Shown piece by piece: positions 29,092 through 39,844 of a stretch of 64,000 nucleotides of DNA. The position numbers and the translations under genes were made by a program. The notes under the pieces are model-generated. The model worked only from the letters and a program-made list of their open reading frames with translations, had not been told where the DNA came from and did no database searches. The stretch's first letter is position 1; each line of letters opens with the position of its first letter. The stretch is from contig OY771506.1 in NCBI GenBank assembly GCA_963674705.1, positions 3,840,001 through 3,904,000 of the forward strand, read 5' to 3'. The stretch comes from Phycisphaeraceae bacterium. GTDB lineage: Bacteria; Planctomycetota; Phycisphaerae; Phycisphaerales; Phycisphaeraceae.

Positions 29092-30825
29092 ATGATCTGT
29101 AAAAAAAACAATACCTGGGTCATGGGTCTGATTGTGTTGGGATTGTGTTTGCCTTTTCTGACTGTAGGAAAGGCTATAGCTCAGGCGTCGGGCAAAGTTG
29201 TGTCAGTGCGGGCCGATCAGGGGATGGTTGTTTCCCAGACGCCGCATGGCAGCGAGGCGGGGCGGGTGATTCTTGAGAAGGGCGGGAACGCTGTGGACGC
29301 GGCGGTGGCGACGGCGCTGGCGCTGGCGGTGACGTGGCCCGAGGCGGGGAACATCGGCGGGGGCGGGTTCATGATGATCGATCCGGGTGATGGCCGCGAT
29401 GTCGTGTGCGTCGACTACCGTGAAGTCGCGCCGCTGGCATCTACAGAAGATATGTATGTCAAAGACGGCAATCGGCATAACTACAAGGCCGTCGGCGTGC
29501 CGGGGACGGTCGCGGGACTATATCTAGCACACGAAAAGTACGGCAAGCTGCCTTGGAAAGACGTTGTGATGCCGGCGGTTGAGCTTGCGCGTGATGGATT
29601 TGTGTTGACTTCGTGGGAAGCGCATTCACTGAATAGCGGTGTCAAGAAACTCGATGATGTTGATAAAGCCTTGGCGCTAAACCTGCGAAAAGCCTACGGC
29701 AAGCCGGATGGGACAAACTGGCAGGAAGGCGATCGTATGGTGCTGCCCGATCTTGCCAAGACATTGCAGGCGATCGCAGACCACGGTGCGGATGGCTTCT
29801 ACAAAGGCGCGGTTGCCGAGTTGATCGATAAAGATATGAAGCGCCACAAAGGGCTGATCACCAGGGAAGACCTCGCCAAATACAGAGCAGTGATCCGCAA
29901 GCCGATCCACGGCACGTTCCAGGGTTACGACATCTACGGCGCACCGCCCCCGAGCTCGGGCGGCATCACGCTCTTGATCGAACTGAATATCCTTGAACAA
30001 TTAGAACTCGATCCCGCTCAAGGCTATTCAGCGGAGAACCTGCACAAGATCGTCGAAGCGATGCGGCGGGCTTACCGTGAACGCGCTGCACACCTGGGTG
30101 ATCCGGACTTCGCCGACATCCCCGATTACCTGACATCGAAAGACTATGCCAGGGGTTTGGCGACGACGTTCAATCCGCAAAAGGCAACGGACAGCGAAGC
30201 CTTGCTCGGGGATATCAAGTTCAGCCGAAAGGGTAAGGACACCACGCACTTTTCCGTGATCGATAAGGACGGGATGGCTGTGTCGAACACCTACACCATC
30301 GAGCAGTCGTGGGGCTCACGCATGGTCATCGAGGGCGCGGGGTTCGTACTGAATAACGAGATGGGTGACTTCAACTGGTTTGTCGATGGCACGAACGATC
30401 AAGGCAGCATCGGTACGGCCGCAAACCTGATCCGCCCTGGCAAACGCATGCTCAGCTCGCAGTGCCCCGTCATTCTCAAACGCGATGGGAAAGTAGTGCT
30501 GTTGACCGGCAGCCCTGGCGGACGAACGATCATCAACACCGTGCTCTGCGTCATCCTGAACACGTGCGCATTTGATATGCCGCTCGATGAAGCGATCGAT
30601 GCGCCGCGTTTGCATCATCAGTGGTTCCCCGATGTCATACGCCACGAAGCGCGCGGCGAATTCGATGGGGCAAAAGTGTGGGACGAACTCAAAGCGATGG
30701 GTCACGAGGTTCAGCCGTTTGAGTGGGCACAGGGTTCAGCCCATTCGATCGCGGTCACCGAAGGCCCCGGCCGATACATCGGCGTCGCGGACGATCGGCG
30801 AGGCGGTAAGGCGGAGGGGTATTAG
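29092..30825 (+). CDS. ggt: Gamma-glutamyltransferase
   Basis: GGNAVDAAVA, GNIGGGGF, DYRE.AP, autocleavage DTTHFSVID, LNNEMGDF, GKRMLSS, GSPGG. Confidence 0.94.
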   Translation: MICKKNNTWVMGLIVLGLCLPFLTVGKAIAQASGKVVSVRADQGMVVSQTPHGSEAGRVILEKGGNAVDAAVATALALAVTWPEAGNIGGGGFMMIDPGDGRDVVCVDYREVAPLASTEDMYVKDGNRHNYKAVGVPGTVAGLYLAHEKYGKLPWKDVVMPAVELARDGFVLTSWEAHSLNSGVKKLDDVDKALALNLRKAYGKPDGTNWQEGDRMVLPDLAKTLQAIADHGADGFYKGAVAELIDKDMKRHKGLITREDLAKYRAVIRKPIHGTFQGYDIYGAPPPSSGGITLLIELNILEQLELDPAQGYSAENLHKIVEAMRRAYRERAAHLGDPDFADIPDYLTSKDYARGLATTFNPQKATDSEALLGDIKFSRKGKDTTHFSVIDKDGMAVSNTYTIEQSWGSRMVIEGAGFVLNNEMGDFNWFVDGTNDQGSIGTAANLIRPGKRMLSSQCPVILKRDGKVVLLTGSPGGRTIINTVLCVILNTCAFDMPLDEAIDAPRLHHQWFPDVIRHEARGEFDGAKVWDELKAMGHEVQPFEWAQGSAHSIAVTEGPGRYIGVADDRRGGKAEGY

Positions 30826-31742
30826 TAATCGTAGTAATAATCACTCTGCGATTGTGTGCGTTGCCAGGCTTCGTACCCGGCGAGGCTTGTCGCACCGGCC
30901 AGCATCAGGCCACAGAGGATGACGCTGATCGCCAGACGCACTTTGCCGGACCTGCTTTTTATAAACGGCAGGTAAACAACCCATACGGCAAGTGGTGTTA
31001 ACACCAGTAAGCCCGCGACGATGTAGGGTGACATATCGTTCTGCATCGTCCAGCCGAACTGCCAGTTGTAGATCAGCCAGGCAAAGCTCAGTGGGATGAT
31101 GAAGTCGATCAGGATAAGCGAGGTTTGTTTGTCGCTTTGATTCAGGCATAAACCCAACCATGCGCCTGCGATGACGAGCGCGAAGCCGGCGGCGAATTGA
31201 CCGCCTGTCAGGTAACCTGACATGATCGTGATAGCGCCCGCAAAACCACAAGACAGGTCCAGCGCAAACACCGCCAGTCTGCCGAAACCTTTGCGTGCCA
31301 GAATATGCATCGCGATCCAGACGATCAGGATCGCAAGCGCAAAAGCAATCCACCAGTAAACGGCTGTGGATTGACTCCATGTATATGGGATCAGGCTGCG
31401 AGTCAGCAACGGGCCGATGCCGCAGGCAACGATCAGACGCAGTAGCCACCTGACAATAGTGGGGATCTGTTCAACGGAACCGATCAATGCGATAACCACT
31501 GCCGTCGGAAGCACGACCATGACGATCCAGTGCTCGCCTTGGATCGGCTGCCATGGCGGTAAACCCGTAAGCGACAGCGCACTGATCAATGTCGCCGCCC
31601 CAAGACACTTCAATATCTTGAGGGGTTTGAGGATCCCGGCCAGCGCGGGCGTGTTTGCGGAAGATGCCAGCAGCCAGATACAAGTAAAAGAGGCCGCAGT
31701 CGGTAAAAACAACCCGAGCAGCAGCCATAATGGATCGATCAC
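30822..31742 (-). CDS. Hypothetical multi-pass membrane protein
   Basis: About 9-10 hydrophobic helices; overlaps the YceI gene stop, suggesting coupling. Confidence 0.7.
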   Translation of the reverse strand: MIDPLWLLLGLFLPTAASFTCIWLLASSANTPALAGILKPLKILKCLGAATLISALSLTGLPPWQPIQGEHWIVMVVLPTAVVIALIGSVEQIPTIVRWLLRLIVACGIGPLLTRSLIPYTWSQSTAVYWWIAFALAILIVWIAMHILARKGFGRLAVFALDLSCGFAGAITIMSGYLTGGQFAAGFALVIAGAWLGLCLNQSDKQTSLILIDFIIPLSFAWLIYNWQFGWTMQNDMSPYIVAGLLVLTPLAVWVVYLPFIKSRSGKVRLAISVILCGLMLAGATSLAGYEAWQRTQSQSDYYYDY

Positions 31743-32293
31743 TGGCGTATGGCCTCGATGCTGATGGTCAAGGTCACTTCATCACCGACCGGGCCGATCA
31801 TCTGGTCCATGCCGAAGTCGCTGCGCTTGATGGTAAAGGTGGTTTCCAGGCCGATGCGGTGGCTGCCGCGTTGGTCTTCACCTTCGCCGATCTTGTTCAT
31901 CTGGACGGTCAGAGGCTTGGTAACGCCGTGCAGCGTCAGTTCACCCTTCAGTTCCATGCCGTTGTCGTTGGGCGTGATCGAACTGCCTTTGAAGTTGATG
32001 GTTGGGAACTGCTTGGCGTTGAAGAAGTCGGGGCTGCGCAGGTGATCGTCGCGCTTGGTGTTGTTGGTGTCGATGCTGGCGACGGGGACGGTGAAGTCGA
32101 ACGAGGCGTTGTCGCCGGTATCGAGCGAGCCGTTGATCTCGTTGAATCGGCCGTAGAAGTTGCTGATGTCCAGGTGTTTGACTTTAAAGACGACCGAGGT
32201 GTGTACGGCATCTACCTGCCATGTATCGGCGAGGCTGGGCGAGGCAAAGGTCATGATGGCGAGGATCGCAGCCGCAAATAGGGACGTACGCAT
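31739..32293 (-). CDS. YceI family periplasmic lipid/polyisoprenoid-binding protein
   Basis: WQVDAVHTSVVFKVKHL, RDDHLRSPDFF, GELTLHGVTKP, IKRSDFG. Confidence 0.92.
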   Translation of the reverse strand: MRTSLFAAAILAIMTFASPSLADTWQVDAVHTSVVFKVKHLDISNFYGRFNEINGSLDTGDNASFDFTVPVASIDTNNTKRDDHLRSPDFFNAKQFPTINFKGSSITPNDNGMELKGELTLHGVTKPLTVQMNKIGEGEDQRGSHRIGLETTFTIKRSDFGMDQMIGPVGDEVTLTISIEAIRQ

Positions 32294-32466
32294 GTTGAGT
32301 CTCCGTGGTCTGGTTATGTATGATCTGATCGTTTTGGGAATTCAAGCCCTTGGTGAGTACGAACCGCCCGTGGCGTGAGGTTATTCCAATGATAGGTCTA
32401 CGTTATGATATAGGCCACGGATCAATAAAGATTAGGCTTTACAGCACAACAGGAGGCATGAAAGCC

Positions 32467-33168
32467 ATGGAATGCACATCTAAAGGTATGCAAATCTTCA
32501 AGTCTTTAACATTGAGTTTGTTGCTGACGGTTTTGTGTCTGCCGCTCGCTTCTTGCAGCAAGGTGTACTACGGCACGTGGGAAGCGCTGGGCGTACACAA
32601 GCGCGACATCATGGTTGAGCGTGTGCAGGAAGCCCGCGACGATCAGGAAGAAGCCAAGGAGCAGTTTGCCTCGGCACTCGAAAAGTTCTCCGCGATGTTC
32701 GAGTTCGAGGGCGGCGAGCTTGAGGATAAATACAAAGCGCTCAAAAGCGAGCTGGATGACAGCGAATCCAAGGCCGCCGCGGTCAAGGGGCGGATCGACT
32801 CGGTTGAGAACGTGTCCGAAGCGCTTTTTGCAGAATGGACCTCAGAACTCGATCAGTACAGCAATGCCGACCTTCGGGCCGCCAGTGAGAAGCAGTTGCG
32901 CCAGACGCGAAAGAAGTACGACCAAATGATCGCCGCGATGCGTAAGGCTGAAAGCAAGATGGAACCAGTGCTGGCGGCGTTCCGCGACCAGGTCTTGTTC
33001 CTCAAGCACAACCTCAACGCCCGAGCGATCGCCTCGATCGAAGGCACGGCCGGCGAACTGGAAACCGACGTCGCCCGCCTGATCGAAGAGATGGAGGCCT
33101 CGATCAAGGAGGCGGACGAATTCATCGCTTCAATGGGTCAAGCGGAAGAAGCTGAGCAAGCGGAATAA
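32467..33168 (+). CDS. DUF2959 family lipoprotein
   Basis: Lipobox LASC; YYGTWEALGVHKRDIMVERV, DQVLFLKHNLNARAI. Confidence 0.85.
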   Translation: MECTSKGMQIFKSLTLSLLLTVLCLPLASCSKVYYGTWEALGVHKRDIMVERVQEARDDQEEAKEQFASALEKFSAMFEFEGGELEDKYKALKSELDDSESKAAAVKGRIDSVENVSEALFAEWTSELDQYSNADLRAASEKQLRQTRKKYDQMIAAMRKAESKMEPVLAAFRDQVLFLKHNLNARAIASIEGTAGELETDVARLIEEMEASIKEADEFIASMGQAEEAEQAE

Positions 33169-33171
33169 CGA

Positions 33172-34011
33172 TTACTTGCGACAGGTAAACACGCAGATAT
33201 CGCCCAGCTTGCGCAGTGGTGGGATGAAGCGCATCAACTCGTGGTCCAGGCGTTGCAGCTTCCAGACGAGGTTGAACCAGCGTTCGGGGATCACTCGGTA
33301 CAGGCGAAGCAGCAGCGAAAAGCGCTGGGTGGTTATATCATTGAACGTGCTGTTGAGTAGTGCAAGATCGCGGTGGTCGAGTTTACGCTCGTCGTCGGTG
33401 ATGTGTACGTGTTTATCGTATGACGTTTCGGTCGGGGCGATCTTACGCAGCAGCCTGGATTCGCGGATCACATCCAGCGCGGGAACGCGGATCGGCTCTT
33501 TGAAGATCGCGACGCCGCCCGGCTTTAGCACGCGTCTAACTTCTTTCAAGACGGCGCCGACTTCGACATGGTGCAGGATGTCAGTGCCGACGATCACATC
33601 GAAGTGGTTGTCGGGGTAGTCGAGTTTTTCAGCAGGCATCGTGCGGAAGTTGCAGCGGTCGGACAGGCCGTGCTGTTCGGCGAGGCGTTTGGCGACGTTG
33701 ATGTTGCCCGAGGAGATATCGAAGCCTTCGATTTGGTAGCCGAGTTTGGCGAACGTGACGCCAGCGACGCCCATCCCACAGCCGAAGTCGAGCAGGCGTT
33801 GGTCCTTGCTTTTGAATGCATCACGCACGAGACCGCAGACGTACCAGTACGGGCTCCAGGGCCGACGCTCATCATTGACAACGGGTGCGAAGTCGACCGA
33901 TTCGGGTGCGTTAAGCTGCGAGTACTGGTCATAGTAGGCCGTCTCACGCTGCTGGCGGTCGGTGAGTGTGGGTTCGGCGTGTGGTGCGGAGAGTGTACTC
34001 ATATGGCGCAA
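33172..34011 (-). CDS. Class I SAM-dependent methyltransferase
   Basis: LLDFGCGMG, FDVI, ILHH, VLKPGG. Confidence 0.88.
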   Translation of the reverse strand: MRHMSTLSAPHAEPTLTDRQQRETAYYDQYSQLNAPESVDFAPVVNDERRPWSPYWYVCGLVRDAFKSKDQRLLDFGCGMGVAGVTFAKLGYQIEGFDISSGNINVAKRLAEQHGLSDRCNFRTMPAEKLDYPDNHFDVIVGTDILHHVEVGAVLKEVRRVLKPGGVAIFKEPIRVPALDVIRESRLLRKIAPTETSYDKHVHITDDERKLDHRDLALLNSTFNDITTQRFSLLLRLYRVIPERWFNLVWKLQRLDHELMRFIPPLRKLGDICVFTCRK

Positions 34012-34159
34012 TCTAAGCGGTAAATAAACTCGGTCTGTATGGATTGTCGGGGATGTAGGGAGTGGGCTTTAGTGCATGGTGAGGTTATCGGTTCATGAAA
34101 AGCAAATAGATAGCACTGAGCCGCAAGCGGCTTGTTGAGGGGCGTGGGTCCGGGATGCG

Positions 34160-37100
34160 TTACACGTTGAAGTACTTGGCGTCGGGGTGGTGGACGATGA
34201 TCGCGCTGGTCGACTGCTCGGGGTCGATCTGCCAGTTCTCGGTGAGTTTGCAGCCGATGCGTGACGGATCGATCAGGCGGAAGAGCTTCTCCTGGTCCGA
34301 CATTTCCGGGCAGGCGGGGTAGCCGAAGCTATAGCGTGAGCCGCGGTATTTTTGCGTGAACAGGTCGCGGATGTTGGGTGCATCATCGACGTCAATGCCT
34401 AATTCCTGCCGCATGCGTTTGTGCCAGAACTCAGCGAGGGCTTCGGCGGTCTCGACGCTCAGGCCATGCGTGTATAGGTAATCGGAGTAGTTGTCATCGG
34501 CAAAGAGCTTGGCGGTGAGTTCACTCGCCTTTTGGCCGACGGTGACGCACGACAAACCGAGCACATCTTTATCACCTGAACCGATCGGCTTGAAGAAGTC
34601 GCTGATGCACAGATGTTTTCGGCCGTCCTGACGTGGGAAGCTGAAGCGTTCGATCTCGCGGTCGTGATTTTCCGCATCGTAGACGATCAGATCGTCGCCG
34701 TCGCTGTTGCAGGGGAAGTAGCCGTAGACAACCTTTGGCACGAGAACCCCGTCATCCTTAAGCTGCTGCTTGAGCTTGTTGAACAGCGGTTCGACTTCAT
34801 CCTCAAGCTGCTGTGCGTATTCCTCATCACTCTTTCGTCCCTTCTTGAGTTGCCACTGTCCGCGGAAGAGGGCGACCTCGTTGATGTAGGGATACACCTT
34901 GTCGAGGTCGATCTTTTCGACGACGCGGGACCCGAAGAAGGGGGCGGTGGGGATGTTGGGCGCGGGTGCGAGTGTGGGGCGTACTGCGGTTGCAGTTGCG
35001 GAGCCGGGCGATGTATCGCCCTCGGCCTTGGCGGATTTTGCTGCCAGGGCGCGGGCTTCGCTGTCGGCTCGTTTGGTGAGTCTTGATTCTATCTCGGCGT
35101 CGAGTTCGTCGGCTTTGCCGCCCTTGAGGTAGTCCATGATGCGCAGGCCCTCGAAGGCGTCTTTGCCGTGATAGACCTTGCCGTTGTAAACCTCGCGCAG
35201 GTGGCTGTCGCAGTAATGTTTGCTCAGCGCGGCTCCACCTAAAAGCATCGGGACATTGATGCCCAGGTCGTTCAGCTCGCGCAGGTTGTCTTCCATGACC
35301 GTCACGCTCTTGACGAGCAGGCCGGACAGACCGATCGCGTCTGCTTTGGTTTCTTTCCAGGCGTTGACGATGTTGTTGATCGGCTGCTTGATGCCGATGT
35401 TGTGCACGGTGTAGCCGTTGTTGGTCAGGATGATGTCGACGAGGTTCTTGCCGATGTCATGGACGTCGCCCTTGACGGTGGCGAGGACGATCGAGCCTTT
35501 GGTCTGGCCCTCTACTTTCTCCATGTGTGGCTCGAGATGCGATACCGCCATCTTCATGACTTCCGCGCTTTGGAGCACGAAAGGTAACTGCATCTGGCCC
35601 GATCCGAACAATTCGCCGACGACTTTCATCCCCGCGAGCAGGTGATCGTTGACGATCTCCAGCGGCTTGTACTTCTGCATCGCTTCGTCGAGCGTTTCGG
35701 GCAACCCCTTCTTTTCGCCGTCGATGATGTGCTTCTGCAATCGTTCTTCAAGTGGTAGTGCTGAGATATCTTCCTTCGCGCTTTGCAGCTTCGCATCGGC
35801 TGGGAACAGGTCGATAAATATCTGCAAGGGGTCGCTGCTCATCGCGCTGTCGGAGAGCTTGACCGCCTCGGTCGGGACGCGGTCGTAGATCAGGTTCAAT
35901 GCAGCCTGCCACAGTTCATCATCAATCTTTGTGCGCGGCAGGATCTTGGATACGTGCAGGATCGCACTGGTCATGCCCGCTTCGACCAATTCATGCAGGA
36001 AAACGCTGTTTAGCACTTGGCGTGCCGCGGGATTGAGCCCGAAGCTAACGTTGCTCAGGCCGCAGGTGATCTGGCACTGAGGGAACTTTTCAGCGATCCG
36101 GCGTGTGCCTTCGATGGTTTCCAGCGCACTGCGGCGGTCCTTCTCCATGCCGGTGGAGATCGGCAGTACAAGCGGGTCGAACACGAGATCGCAGGCTGCA
36201 AGGCCGTACTTTTCGGTCGCAAGCTTGTACATGCGCTCGGCGATCGCGATCTTGCGGTCGGCGGTACGGGCCATCGCCTCTTCCGGGTCTTCATCGATCG
36301 TGCCTAGCACGAGCCCCGCACCGTATTTTTTGGCAAGCTCACACATCACCGCGAACTTCTCTTCGCCTTCTTCAAGGTTGGCGGAGTTAATGATGCACTT
36401 GCCGCCCGCTCGTTTGAGTCCGGCCTCGATCGTCGCCGGTTGCGTGGAGTCGAGCATCATTGGGGCGTTGACCTGCTGAACGAGCCTGCCGACGACTTCC
36501 TGCATATCTTTGCAGTTATTGCGCCCGGCGTAGTCGACATTCACATCGACCACGTGCGAACCTTCACGCACCATCTCACGCGCCAGGCTCATGATCTCGT
36601 CCCAGTTTTCCTCTTCGAGCAGGCGTTTGAATTTACGCGAACCTGAAGCGTTCGTGCGTTCGCCGATATTAAGGATCGAGTTGTCCTGCCGATATTCGAC
36701 CGCGCCCATCAGTGAAGAAACTGCGGGTTTCCAAGGCGTATTCTCGATTGAAACAGGCGCACGGTTACCGACTTGCTTGACCAGTTCGGCGATATGCTCG
36801 GGCGTGGTGCCGCAGCAACCGCCAACGATATTCAGGCCGCTGGTCCGGACGTACTCCGCGACTTTCTTGGCGAACGGTTCGGGGCCGAGGGGGTATTCTG
36901 TCTGGCCGTTGACGAGCGTGGGCAGGCCGGCGTTGGGCAGCAGGCTTAGTTTGCCGTGCCAGTTCTTAGCTAGGTAATGGATGTGCTCAGCCATCTCGAC
37001 GGGGCCGGTCGCACAGTTCATCCCAAGCGAGATGATCGGGAGATCTCGCAACGCCGCTGCTACGCCCGCGATATCCGTGCCGATGAGCGTCGTGCCGAAC

Positions 37101-37690
37101 GATTCGATTGTGACCTGCACCATGATCGGCACGTCCGCGACGCTCTTATTGCGCTCCTTGAGTGCTTCGACACATGCGTTGATCGTGCACTTGACCTGCA
37201 GGATGTCTTGCGCGGTTTCGATCAGGAAGACATCGATGTTGCCATCGAGCAGGCCACGCGCCTGTTCGAGGTAGCTGGCGAACATGGTGTCCCAGTCGGT
37301 GTTACCGAGCGAAACGAGCTTGGTGCCCGGCCCGATCGAGCCGACGACGAAGCGCGGCTTGTCGCTGGTGGAGTGTTTTTCACAGGCAGCGCGGGCGACC
37401 TCGGCAGCGATCCTGTTCAATTCTCGCGTCTGCTCCACGAGATCGAACTCAGCGAAGACCAGCTTGTTGGCGCCGAACGTGTCCGTCTCGACCGCGTCCG
37501 AACCAACCGCCAGGAACGATTCGTGGATCTGCTGGATCACATCCGGACGGGTTTGGACAAGGATTTCGGTGCAATTTTCCTTGCCCAGGTAGTCCTTATC
37601 CAGGTCCAGATCGTACTTGTGGATGCTGGTTCCCATGGCCCCATCGAGGAACAGGACGCGTTTTTCGAGTTGTTTTGCGAAGTTGCTCAT
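34160..37690 (-). CDS. metH: Cobalamin-dependent methionine synthase
   Basis: DGAMGT, GMNC, GGCCGTTPEHI, IGERTN, B12-binding GDVHDIGKN..SGLL, reactivation domain RYSFGYPACP. Confidence 0.96.
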   Translation of the reverse strand: MSNFAKQLEKRVLFLDGAMGTSIHKYDLDLDKDYLGKENCTEILVQTRPDVIQQIHESFLAVGSDAVETDTFGANKLVFAEFDLVEQTRELNRIAAEVARAACEKHSTSDKPRFVVGSIGPGTKLVSLGNTDWDTMFASYLEQARGLLDGNIDVFLIETAQDILQVKCTINACVEALKERNKSVADVPIMVQVTIESFGTTLIGTDIAGVAAALRDLPIISLGMNCATGPVEMAEHIHYLAKNWHGKLSLLPNAGLPTLVNGQTEYPLGPEPFAKKVAEYVRTSGLNIVGGCCGTTPEHIAELVKQVGNRAPVSIENTPWKPAVSSLMGAVEYRQDNSILNIGERTNASGSRKFKRLLEEENWDEIMSLAREMVREGSHVVDVNVDYAGRNNCKDMQEVVGRLVQQVNAPMMLDSTQPATIEAGLKRAGGKCIINSANLEEGEEKFAVMCELAKKYGAGLVLGTIDEDPEEAMARTADRKIAIAERMYKLATEKYGLAACDLVFDPLVLPISTGMEKDRRSALETIEGTRRIAEKFPQCQITCGLSNVSFGLNPAARQVLNSVFLHELVEAGMTSAILHVSKILPRTKIDDELWQAALNLIYDRVPTEAVKLSDSAMSSDPLQIFIDLFPADAKLQSAKEDISALPLEERLQKHIIDGEKKGLPETLDEAMQKYKPLEIVNDHLLAGMKVVGELFGSGQMQLPFVLQSAEVMKMAVSHLEPHMEKVEGQTKGSIVLATVKGDVHDIGKNLVDIILTNNGYTVHNIGIKQPINNIVNAWKETKADAIGLSGLLVKSVTVMEDNLRELNDLGINVPMLLGGAALSKHYCDSHLREVYNGKVYHGKDAFEGLRIMDYLKGGKADELDAEIESRLTKRADSEARALAAKSAKAEGDTSPGSATATAVRPTLAPAPNIPTAPFFGSRVVEKIDLDKVYPYINEVALFRGQWQLKKGRKSDEEYAQQLEDEVEPLFNKLKQQLKDDGVLVPKVVYGYFPCNSDGDDLIVYDAENHDREIERFSFPRQDGRKHLCISDFFKPIGSGDKDVLGLSCVTVGQKASELTAKLFADDNYSDYLYTHGLSVETAEALAEFWHKRMRQELGIDVDDAPNIRDLFTQKYRGSRYSFGYPACPEMSDQEKLFRLIDPSRIGCKLTENWQIDPEQSTSAIIVHHPDAKYFNV

Positions 37691-37848
37691 ATATCCATCC
37701 ATATATCCGGATAAACAGATAATACAAATGGCCGGCACTAAAGGCAAATGTCGGATCATTGTACGGGCCGCATAATCAGTCGCTAACACACAGCTGGCCG
37801 ATACTTACTATCTTATCCGCCTGATACCATGACCAAAGAGAGACCGAA

Positions 37849-38778
37849 ATGACGTGGTGGCAAGCGATTATCTTAGGCATTGTGGAGGGGCTGACGGAGT
37901 ATCTGCCGGTCAGCTCGACAGGTCACCTGCTGGTGGTCCAGGAGCTTTTGGGCGTGGGGACGGGGTCTACGGAGGCCAAGGCGGCGGCCAATGCGTATGC
38001 GATCTGTATCCAGGCGGGGGCGATTATCGCCGTGCTCGGGCTGTACTGGCGGCGGGTGCGGCAGTGCTGTGTCGGCTGGGTGGGGAAGGTAGGGCTTGGT
38101 GAGGGGGATCCAGCGGGCTTCCGGATCGGTCTGAACCTGATCGTGGCGTTTTTGCCGGCAGCGGTCATCGGGCTGATCTTCGACGACATGATCGAGGAGA
38201 AGCTGTTCGGCAACTGGCCGGTCGTTATCGCCTGGCTGGTCGGCGGGGTGGCGATCCTGGCGGTCGCCAAGTGGAAGCAGTCACGCGATCACGATGAGCA
38301 CGTCGGCAGCGACCTGGATCTGATGAACTGGCGGATGGCGCTGGCGGTGGGATTGATCCAGTGCATCGCGATGTGGCCCGGCACGAGCCGATCTCTGGTG
38401 ACTATCGTCGGCGGCATGCTGGTGGGTTTATCGCTGGCTGCGGCGGTGGAGTTCAGCTTCCTGCTGGGCGTGATCACATTATGCGCCGCCACGTTCTACA
38501 AGGCTGTGCTCGATACCGCCAACATCACGGTTAATGGCGAAGAAAAAGAGGTCATGATGATGCTGGCGATGGCCAAGCATTACGGCTGGGGACCGATGCT
38601 CATCGGCAGCGTCGCCGCGTGGATTTCAGCACTGGCAGCAGTTACGTGGATGGTAAGCTACCTCAAGAAGCACGGCATGGCGATCTTCGGCTACTACCGC
38701 ATCGCGATCGGCATCATCGTCGCGGTGATGCTTCTCATGGATTGGATCGGCACGGGGGATGTCACTACGACGCCTTGA
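37849..38778 (+). CDS. uppP: Undecaprenyl-diphosphatase
   Basis: GIVEGLTEYLPVSSTGH, PGTSRS, EFSFLL. Confidence 0.93.
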   Translation: MTWWQAIILGIVEGLTEYLPVSSTGHLLVVQELLGVGTGSTEAKAAANAYAICIQAGAIIAVLGLYWRRVRQCCVGWVGKVGLGEGDPAGFRIGLNLIVAFLPAAVIGLIFDDMIEEKLFGNWPVVIAWLVGGVAILAVAKWKQSRDHDEHVGSDLDLMNWRMALAVGLIQCIAMWPGTSRSLVTIVGGMLVGLSLAAAVEFSFLLGVITLCAATFYKAVLDTANITVNGEEKEVMMMLAMAKHYGWGPMLIGSVAAWISALAAVTWMVSYLKKHGMAIFGYYRIAIGIIVAVMLLMDWIGTGDVTTTP

Positions 38779-39844
38779 TGATGCTTTCTTCAAGGTCCGG
38801 ATTATCCGATCGGCTTTGAGCGAAGTTATTATTGACCTTGATCGGTCCGCTTGCTTTTGCCGCCTCCAAGACAACCTCGGCGCAGCGCTGCCACGAGTTT
38901 TCCAAGGCATACTCACGGCAGGCTTGCGGATCGACTTTCAACGCATCAATGCAGGCTTGACGCAGGTCGTGATTGAGCGAGCCGGTGACACCTTGCTTGA
39001 CGACGTCGATCGGCCCGGTAACGGGGTACGCGGCGACAGGCAGGCCGCAGGCGTTGGCTTCGAGCATGACGACGCCGAACGTATCGGTACGACTGGGGAA
39101 GACAAACACATCCGCGCTGGCGTAGTGCCGGCCGAGGTCTTCGCCGAACTGATAGCCCGCCCAATGGACGTTCGGGTATTGCCGTTGCAGTTTATCACGC
39201 ACCGGTCCGTCGCCGACCACGACCATGCTGCCGGGCAGGTCCAGTTCTAGGAACGCTTCGATGTTCTTTTCCACCGCGACGCGGCCGGCATAGAGGAAGA
39301 TCGGCCGAGGCAGGTCGGCAAAGAGTGTCTTTTCGTATGGTTGGAACGTCTTGGTATCCACGCCACGGCACCAGACTTCCACGTTGTTCAGCCCGTTGGC
39401 GTTGAGCTGCTCACCAACTGTTTTCGTCGGCACGAGCACGGTCCTTGCCCGGCCGTGGAACCAGCGGATGAAGCGGTACGTCAGGAAAGTGGGGAGGCCA
39501 AAGTAGGCCTTCAGGTATTGCGGGAACTGCGTGTGGTATGACGTCGTGAACTCGATGTTGTTCTTCAGGCAAAATTTTCGTCCGGCTTGGCCGATCGGGC
39601 CTTCGGTGGCGATATGAATCGCGTCAGGTTGGTACGCCACGATTAATTGCTTGACCTTCTTGTACGGACGCCAAGCCATCTGGATTTCCGGATAGCGAGG
39701 CGCCTTGTAAGTCTTGAACAGGCCCGGGTGGATCACATCAAAGTCGTGACCCATCTGCATGGACGCATCGATCACGTGGTCCCACGTGCGGACGACACCA
39801 TTGACCTGGGGTTTCCAGGCATCGGTCAGAAGTGTGATTTTCAA
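38765..39844 (-). CDS. Glycosyltransferase family 4
   Basis: TDAWKPQVNGVV, HIATEGPIG, GRVAVEKN, FPSRTDTFGVVMLEA. Confidence 0.9.
   Translation of the reverse strand: MKITLLTDAWKPQVNGVVRTWDHVIDASMQMGHDFDVIHPGLFKTYKAPRYPEIQMAWRPYKKVKQLIVAYQPDAIHIATEGPIGQAGRKFCLKNNIEFTTSYHTQFPQYLKAYFGLPTFLTYRFIRWFHGRARTVLVPTKTVGEQLNANGLNNVEVWCRGVDTKTFQPYEKTLFADLPRPIFLYAGRVAVEKNIEAFLELDLPGSMVVVGDGPVRDKLQRQYPNVHWAGYQFGEDLGRHYASADVFVFPSRTDTFGVVMLEANACGLPVAAYPVTGPIDVVKQGVTGSLNHDLRQACIDALKVDPQACREYALENSWQRCAEVVLEAAKASGPIKVNNNFAQSRSDNPDLEESIIKAS

Noticed and set aside
37691..37848. SAM or cobalamin riboswitch upstream of metH
   Set aside because: Short divergent intergenic region with no recognisable consensus.
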